Positions 26,301 through 35,300 of a stretch of DNA of 64,000 bases are shown one piece after another. Made by a program: the position numbers and the translations under genes. The DNA is taken from the NCBI GenBank assembly GCA_950097015.1, contig CATNEN010000030.1, positions 4,526,001-4,590,000 on the forward strand, read 5' to 3'. The notes below the pieces were generated by a model. That model saw nothing but the letters and a program-made list of their open reading frames with translations, was not told the DNA's origin and made no database searches. The DNA comes from Macrostomum hystrix. Taxonomy: Eukaryota > Animalia > Platyhelminthes. Within the stretch, counting starts at the first letter, position 1. Every line of letters starts with the position of its first letter.

Positions 26301-29300
26301 TGCTTTCTGGGATTAAATCCCGTCCTGTTAAGTCTTACCTCAAGTTAATAGGTCTTCGTGGGGAGCTTCCTGTGGAAGACTTCGGGCTAAGGACATAATT
26401 AAATATTCAGGAGCGGAACCCCTGTAAGCGTTGGCTTTGACGGGCCGCTGGCTGAAACTTCAGAACTCATTATGTCTCCTCAGCTTGAGCTTGCCCTTGC
26501 CGTTTATCCAAGGACAAAAGGACACTTCAGCCAATTAGCTTCCGCGCCCTTGTTGTCACTGCCAATAGAAGCTACTTGCCATAGACACTTACCTCTTCCT
26601 GACAGCCAGGTAAAATTCCCAACTGTCCCCACTAATTAGAAAGAATACATTATGATATGTATGTGAAGCAAGGAGTCAAATTGTCAAATTAAATCGCACA
26701 CTACCTCCAGACTCGATAGTTATCGTGGCCTCAGTCATCGTCTTGGCGCTGGGTAGCGACCGCCAGATGTTTGCTGCGTCGGCGTTGCGCGGCCTGCGCT
26801 TCTTCCAGATTCTGCGCATGATTCGCATGGATCGGCGCGGTGGCAGCTGGAAACTCCTGGCCTCCGTGGTCTGGGCGCATCGACAGGTCAGTGGCTAGGG
26901 ATGCCCCATAGCCAGGACTGAGGTCAGTGACAGGGGCATAGAGTGCTGCCCGTACCTATGACTGAGGTCAGTGACAGGGGCATAGAGTGCTGCCCGTACC
27001 TATGACTGAGGTCAGTGACAGGGGCTTAGAGTGCTGCCCGTACCTATGACTGAGGTCAGTGACAGGGGCTTAGAGTGCTGCCCGTACCTATGACTGAGGT
27101 CAGGGACAGGGGCTTAGAGTGCTGCCCGTACCTATGACTGAGGTCAGTGACAGGGGCTTAGAGTGCTGCCCGTACCTATGACTGAGGTCAGTGACAGGGG
27201 CTTAGAGTGCTGCCCGTACCTATGACTGAGGTCAGTGACAGGGGCTTAGAGTGCTGCCCGTACCTATGACTGAGGTCAGGGACAGGGGCTTAGAGTGCTG
27301 CCCGTACCTATGACTGAGGTCAGTGACAAGGACAAGTGACATGGCAGCCCGTCTAAGGTTTAGGTCTAGGGTTGTGCTTTTGAACAAGATGCTTGACATG
27401 AGAACAGAGGACAAGTCTGAGATGGCAGTTCAGCAATACTTGTAGGACACGGTTAGTAAGTACACGCTCAACCCACCTTTCCCGCAGGAGCTATTCACTA
27501 CCGTGTACATAGGTTTTCTCGGTCTCATATTCAGCTCGTTTGTCATGTACTTGATCGAAAAGGACGAGCAGGACACGCAGATCAGCAACTATGCTGACGC
27601 CTTGTGGTGGGGAGTGGTGAGTAGTCTCTTGCACTATCCTTAAGGGGAAACATTATAGACTTAAACTCATAAAACATGAATGTATGCTACATGGCACATC
27701 TGATGCCGTTCGAATGTGACTTTTAACGCAAAAAATCATACGAATATATACAAAAAATACGTTACTAATGAGAGCAAAGTTCAAAGCTTGTTCACAAGAT
27801 TGCTGGCAGGCATCGAATGCGTTGCAGCTGCACGCTCAGCATGCCGGTCCAATAGTGGTCCTTCACCGTGGTCTCATCCACCTGTCCGAAATACCTGAAA
27901 CCACTGCAGTCCTCACACACCAGGAGGTGCACTAGCTTGCATTGAACATGCACCCGCAGATAGTCGCGGCTGAATCGCCTGCCGAACAGCATCACGATTG
28001 TCATCGTATCTCTGTGGAGCCGGGGTGGAAGGGTCACAATGGCAGAGCAAAACTTCTGTGATAAAATCTTTCCTATACTGAGCATACTACTGCTCAGTAG
28101 CGCGTTAGCTTGTATAAATAATTGTGACCATAGGCGTTTATGGGCTGAATTTTGAACTCGCACTCTTCGTCGAGTGTATGACGCATTTTATTTAAACTAC
28201 GAGATAGGAATCGTAGATTTCCTCGTTCCTCGTAAATAGGAAAATAACACAAATTTGAACTCTTTAAATTTTCATCGGCTGAAAAATAACAGTTGAGTGA
28301 AGATATAATTGTCAAATCGTAATTTACCGATTTCCCATGGTAAAAGTTGCAAGATAAAATTAGGAATTAGAGACAAAAGATCTGGTCTATGAATTAAAAG
28401 AGCGACTAGGGTTTTAGCTGCAGTCCATGACAGACTATTAGGGTGATAGCTGCAGTCCATAACAGACTATTGGGGTGATAGCTGCAGTCCATAACAGACT
28501 ATTGGGGTGATAGTTGCAGTCCATGACAGACTATTGGGGTGATAGCTGCAGTCCATAACAGACTATTGGGGTGATAGCTGCAGTCCATAACAGACTATTG
28601 GGGTGATAGCTGCAGTCCATAACAGACTATTGGGGTGATAGTTGCAGTCCATAACAGACTATTGGGGTGATAGCTGCAGTCCATGACAGACTATTGGGGT
28701 GATAGCTGCAGTCCATGACAGACTATTGGGGTGATAGCTGCAGTCCATGACAGACTATTGGGGTGATAGCTGCAGTCCATGACAGACTATTGGGGTGATA
28801 GCTGCAGTCCATGACAGACTATTGGGGTGATAGCTGCAGTCCATAACAGACTATTGGGGTGATAGTTGCAGTCCATGACAGACTATTGGGGTGATAGCTG
28901 CAGTCCATAACAGACTATTGGGGTGATAGCTGCAGTCCATGACAGACTATTGGGGTGATAGCTGCAGTCCATGACAGACTATTGGTGTGATAGCTGCAGT
29001 CCATGACAGACTATTGGTGTGATAGCTGCAGTCCATGACAGACTATTGGGGTGATAGCTGCAGTCCATGACAGACTATTGGGGTGATAGCTGCAGTCCAT
29101 TAAAGCTGTTGCAGTTAATGAAATCCTAATGAGATGGTTACTACCAAAAGCCCATGAAAATGAATGGCATCGTGGAAAATTTACTTTTGCAAGTTTCAAA
29201 GGAAGAATGAATCGCAATATTCAGTAAAAAGCAGACGCACCCGTTATCAATTTCCTGCTTGGAAACGACTTTTATTCCTGGCAGGTAAATGAGAAATGAG

Positions 29301-32300
29301 TCCGGCATGACGTCAGACATCTTGAGCAAGTAGAATCGGAGTTTATTGCACTCAATTTCGTGGTGCTCAATGATGGACCGTCGAGTGATTGGATTTTGAT
29401 TGGATCGACATTCGATGTGCTGGTGGTGCTTACATTCTGAGTGCTGCGGTCTTCGCTGGTTTGACGGACTTTTGTCAACTCCATCTTCTTCTGTTGGTGT
29501 GAAAGAAATATTATTTGACATCGAACTCATTACGATTCGACAAGCGGGACAACTTTTTCGTTTAAGTTGTCCCGACGAGTATAAAGTGCGGGTCAATTTT
29601 CAATTGGCAACTTCATGTACTGCTGTGTGCCATAGACAACGACTTAGCTTTCACTTGGTTGCTAGGTTAAAGCAGGAATGGCTCGAATTAATTGAAAGAC
29701 AGACAAGCGCAGAAGCCAAAAATAGAAGTCTTTCAAATGTCAAATGGGTTTAGAATCGGTAATAAATGAGCGTTGAAATTGTGAAATTGAAAACTTTGAG
29801 ACCAGGGTATGGACATTGGTCAAGTCCGCATAGATGCCGGAGTTTTTGAAAATGCGGTGGTCATGCACTGACCCAGGCCACGAGGCGTCAATGCTTGTAA
29901 ACTTGCACTGGACGTCGCACGTTGCTTGGACGTTGATGGATGCAAACCCCTTCCGATTGACGTACTCGTTTCCGATTATCCCACCGGGCTTCTCTATGCG
30001 TACGTGGGTGCAGTCAATCGCCCCAATAGCAGCGGGATACTTAAATCGTTCGAACCACTCCTGCTTTGCGTCATGAATAGTAATCGGAGTCTCGGTTGGC
30101 CACTTGATCCAGGAGCTTGCATCCGTGCAAACACTGCACCACTTCCCATGCAGTCTTCGAAACAGTTGTCTGATGAACACCGAATTCGCTCGCGATGCCA
30201 CTCTGAAATCCTGGATTCGCCAAGTACCTAAGGGTCATTTTCATTCGCTGCATCGGTTGTACGGCGCCGCCTGGGGTTTCTCTGCGGTCACCAAGAAATC
30301 GCTGCGCTAGAAACTCCAAGCTCGCACGCGAAAAGCGAAACAACCTTCTGTATTCATCCTCGCGAAAAGCATGCATCGTACGTCTCTCCAAGTACACTTT
30401 CATTTGGGCAGGTGCCCTTTCTGGAAGAAACTCAGCCATGCTAACAGAGCAGTAGGAAAGTATGATGCTGAATAGGCGCTGAGCACGCTGCCGACTTGAC
30501 TCAAGAAAACGCGAGCAAATGCTTCAGACATTTGTCTATGGCCAGAGTTTATTCTTGCTGACGCGAGTCTCTACTCAGTCACAGAGCAATTGCTCGAGGG
30601 GTGAACCAAGGACTTCTATATAATAGCATCCTATTATATAGAAGTCCTTGGGTGAACACTAACTCTTGAGACAATCATGCTGAGCATTTGCTCAGCAGCA
30701 AGCACTCACTTTATTCATTCTGAATTGAGAATCTCGTAGACTTTGAGCAATTGCTCACTTTATTCATGCGGCCTAATGTGTATACCCATAAATCGAATAA
30801 TTGATTGCGGAAATTTGTGTTTCGCAGCCAGGCAAAAGACAAGAACTGTTGATAATTGCCTGACCGTAACTAGCCTAATTTTCCGGCAGACAACGCTGTG
30901 CACAGTGGGCTACGGTCAGACAGTGCCCGTGTCCTACCTGGGCAAACTGGCCTGTGCGGCCGCCTGCCTCACCATCATTAGCTTCTATGCCCTGCCCCCG
31001 GTGAGTTTCGCAGCCAGGCAGGCAGCTGCGCCGACAGAAGTCCGACTCGCTTCCCACCGATCGGAAGTTCGCTTATAGTTAAACAAAACTAAGGAAACTG
31101 ATGAGAACGCAAAGTCCGATTATAAAACTTTGTGTTCGTTCGCTGCTTTGCCTTTCTAGCAATAGTTTAAACTTGCCGTTCTGTTTCTGGAGAATGAGAT
31201 GCCACATCACAGCAAAATAAACAGTTCAAGAATTTAAGGCTCATGTAAATCTTGTTTAAATAGCCTTATTTATTATTGAATAGCTCAATTTGGTAACTGC
31301 TTTAAGCAACTGTGCTTTAGAACGTGTCTGTCAAGGTCCGGCTGTTCAGGTTGAGGACTTTTCAGAACTTCTGAAACGGATATTTGTCTTGCTCCCACTA
31401 TTTTGGCAAAGTCGCTGTGTAAGAATGTTGTATTGATCACAGTCTGAGACCACAGATGGGTCAGTCTTTCGTTACTTTCGAGTCCAATCTATCATTACGG
31501 ATGGGTCAGTCTTCCGTTACTTTCGAGTCCAATCTATCATCACGGATGGGTCAGTCTTCCTTTACTTTCGAGTACAATCTATCATCACGGATGGGTCAGT
31601 CTTCCTTTACTTTCGAGTACAATCTATCATCACGGATGGGTCAGTCTTTCGTTACTTTCGAGTCCAATCTATCATTACGGATGGGTCAGTCTTCCTTTAC
31701 TTTCGAGTCCAATCTATCATTACGGATGGGTCAGTCTTCCTTTACTTTCGAGTCCAATTTATCATCACGGATGGGTCAGTCTTCCTTTACTTTCGAGTAC
31801 AATCTATCATCACGAATGGGTCAGTCCTTCGTTACTTTCGAGTCCAATCTATCATCACGGATGGGTCAGTCTTTCGTTACTTTCGAGTCCAATCTATCAT
31901 CACGGATGGGTCAGTCTTTCGTTACTTTCGAGTCCAATCTATCATCACGGATGGGTCAGTCTTTCGTTACTTTCGAGTCCAATCTATCATCACGGATGGG
32001 TCAGTCTTTCGTTACTTTCGAGTCCAATCTATCATCACGGATGGGTCAGTCTTTCGCTACTTTCGAGTACAATCTATCATCACGGATGGGTCAGTCTTCC
32101 TTTACTTTCGAGTCCAATCTATCATCACGGATGGGTCAGTCTTCCTTTACTTTCGAGTCCAATCTATCATCACGGATGGGTCCGTCTTCCTTTAGTTCGG
32201 TCTCTGAGATCAGAGACCAGAGACCAGACGAAAACTAATTTCGTCAGAAGTTATACGGGCGCGTGGGTCTAAAATCCGTCTTGTTTAAAAGCTGAAGCAA

Positions 32301-35300
32301 ACTTTTCTCACTACTATTCTCATGGCTTATAAAGTCTCCGGTGTGCTCAACCTGCCCACCTCGAATTCGGCCTTGCAGATCACTCTATGCACAGTTGGTT
32401 ACGGCGATGTGACACCTAAAACTTGGAGTGGAAAAATTGTCGCTTCATTTTGTTCAATCGCTGGCATCTCATTCTTTGCGCTTCCAGCCGTAAGTTACTG
32501 TTGTGTCTTGCACGCTTATTTAACACACATCGGACTTCGGACAATCTGACCTGCTTCTCAAGGCTCGATGTCTTTATGAGTTTCTATATTTCATTTTTCT
32601 ATTTTATTATTACACTAATATATACATGTATCTTTGCTTAAAGTTTGCTTGAAGTATATCTGGAAGCGGCTAAGAATATTAAATATTATTATATAAATGT
32701 AGTGCATGTGTACTGTTTCCATCCTCAGTGAGTTATGTTTCATTATCGCATGCTAATTTGTGTTTATCCTAACTTCGCGTATCCGATAAGCGGCTAATCA
32801 TCGCCGTCTTGCCCTGCAGAGCTTGATCACATCACCGCTGGCAGCATTAAACTGTGATCACATTATTTAAATGTGGAATCCCAACAAAAAACACTCTTCA
32901 GGGTATCTTGGGCTCCGGCTTCGCCCTGAAGGTGCAACAGCACCAGCGCCAGAAGCACCTCATCCGCAGACGGGTGCCCGCCGCCACGCTGATCCAGTCG
33001 CTGTGGCGCTGCTACGCCGCCGACCCGTCCAGTACATCTGTTGCCACCTGGAAGCCTCACATGCGTCCGCTGCGATCTCCGGGAAGGTAAGATTTGGGAA
33101 GAAACGCAAGGACCACTAGTAGATACTTGTAGATACTCGAGTAGTCCGTGAAGAAACGAAGGGTTAAATGTGTTCACGCATTCTTTCATATATTTGTTGG
33201 TTTGATATGTTGCTATTATCAGAATGCACAGATACTATATTTACTGGATAGACCACTGAGGCTAGTTTTTGAGGCACATTAGTTATTCTACTTTCTGTTC
33301 AGTAGCAGTCAGTGAAAATGTCGATTAAACTTGCGAAAAAAATCTGTAGGGCGCGGAAAAATTTTAGTTTTAGTTATGCCATAGAGTCAGTTTTTACGCA
33401 CTGAACAAATCGAAAACGGCATAAGGGCAGCTCTCTAGCCGAGAGTAAAAATATTAACCGAAAGATAATGATGGGCCAGAGGGGAGCTGAAAAGGAGGGG
33501 CTGAGGAAAGAGAGACGAGCAGCTATCCAATCAGAGACGAGGGAAAGGAAAGAGAAGTGAAGGTTGTTAGATAATAAGTTAAACAGATATTGAACAGGAG
33601 AGAGAAGAGAGTAGAATAACAGAGCGCGGCAGCGCAAACAAGCACAGAGAGAAGCGGTAAGTAATGACAGAGTTTACAATTTCATTGGTTTGTTTAAACG
33701 AGCAATCGATTAAAACGCATTGGCCAGAAGACACAGTTTCCAGCTCAGCGCTAGCCACCAATCCGCAATCGCCTCTTTGACAGCAAGTTCGGCCGGCTGT
33801 CGACCATCAAGCGCAGCAAGTCCGAGAAGGCGCACGCCACGAGCAGTTCCAACTACACCCCAATTAGGCGCAACGCGATGCCCGACCTGGACCCCAGCAA
33901 CCCGCAGGCGGGCGCCGAGACGACTTTGACTGGTGGAAAGTAAGTCCAAACACGAATTGTGTCTCAGTCGCACTCCCTTAACAGTAGAATGACAATATGC
34001 TTTAAACTACATTCAGCTTTTTACATTTCCTATGTTTGTATCACGCTATTTCCCTCATCAGGAAATACGACGGGGGATTTCAAATAAGCACTGCCTTCTT
34101 CACGATAGCTCACAAACCGAATGACCGATTTTCGTCAAAGTCCACTTTATCAATAAAAAATTTCCGCCCTTAGTTCGGAACTAAAAGCTCCGCGAGCTAA
34201 CTTTCAAAGCCCTTCGACTTCAGCATCTTTGAGATATTTAGCTACACCTTGGTGACAAGGACAGCTAAACATGGCTCTGTATAAACATCTATGGCGAATC
34301 CACATTTGTTCAATAATAAAAACATAGTCAATACAATACGCAAAAATAATAGCCGACATGGTTCCATGATGAATTTTTGTAAGCAGAAAAATTAAGACTT
34401 TACATTGGTGGTTTTTGCCACCTGGCACCAGATGAGAATCGTTGAATATCTCGCCGATGCCGAGGTATTGTGATTCTAGAAGTTGTTTCATCGGATAGAG
34501 CGGAGAATTTTAGCTCACAGGATTTTCATGGCGATTGGTTGAATATTTTGGGAGATTAAGAAAAAAGAAGAATGTGGGTGTTTGAAATACTCCCCGTGAT
34601 AATCTTTCTACAGCTCATCAGCAGAATAATAGCCACCCTGATTGTTGTGCCTGCATGTGGATAGTTTTAGCGCAGTCTCGTTTTTTTTCTTTAGTGCCAC
34701 TCTATGGATAAGGATTTATTCAATGCAAAATCGTTTTTCTCTTCCAACATTCGGCGGATACGAGGTTCAGATTCATGCAGGAGAGAAATTCGCAGGCAGC
34801 TTACAGGAATCCCGTTTAGATATTTCGCAGTGGGAGAAGAAAACTGTGCCAACCGCTACAAATCACATCACCCGGCACAGAAGAGGCATGCAGGTCGTCA
34901 GCCGGAGGCGGCAGCTTGACCGCCTGCGCCAGACCTCCAGCGAAGCGTCGTCGTTCGACGAGGAAGCGCCGGTCTTCTCAGACATTGAGGCCTCTACTCA
35001 GACCGCTGCTCAGCAGCCACAGTCACAGAATGAGCAGGCTGTGGCAAAGAGGTCCATGATGCGAAAATTCACAGACCTGGCATCGTCACTCCGGTGAAGA
35101 GAACGAATTGTTGTTTGAAATTTCCTCTCCAGTTCCTCACGCTTACATGCTTGGCAAATAATTAAGCTAACACAGCTTCTTTCTTATTAAAAAAACAATG
35201 CACTTGTAAAATGTTACTTACTCTGTTTCTTTTTCGCTTCATAATTGTTTTCGCTTAATTTTCATAATTATATAACTTCATCAAGCAATTGATAAAAGAC

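Noticed and set aside
26916-29100. Regular arrays as possible CRISPR loci
   Set aside because: The units are head-to-tail with no unique spacers, there are no cas genes, and the context is eukaryotic introns.
31456-32238. 260-aa ORF with 15-aa repeats
   Set aside because: It is a 45-bp intronic minisatellite with no splice or codon evidence of coding.
34061-34400. Apparent KCNQ linker exon after the ccctcatcAG acceptor
   Set aside because: All frames hit stops and the sequence is a reverse copy of the MITE-like repeat.
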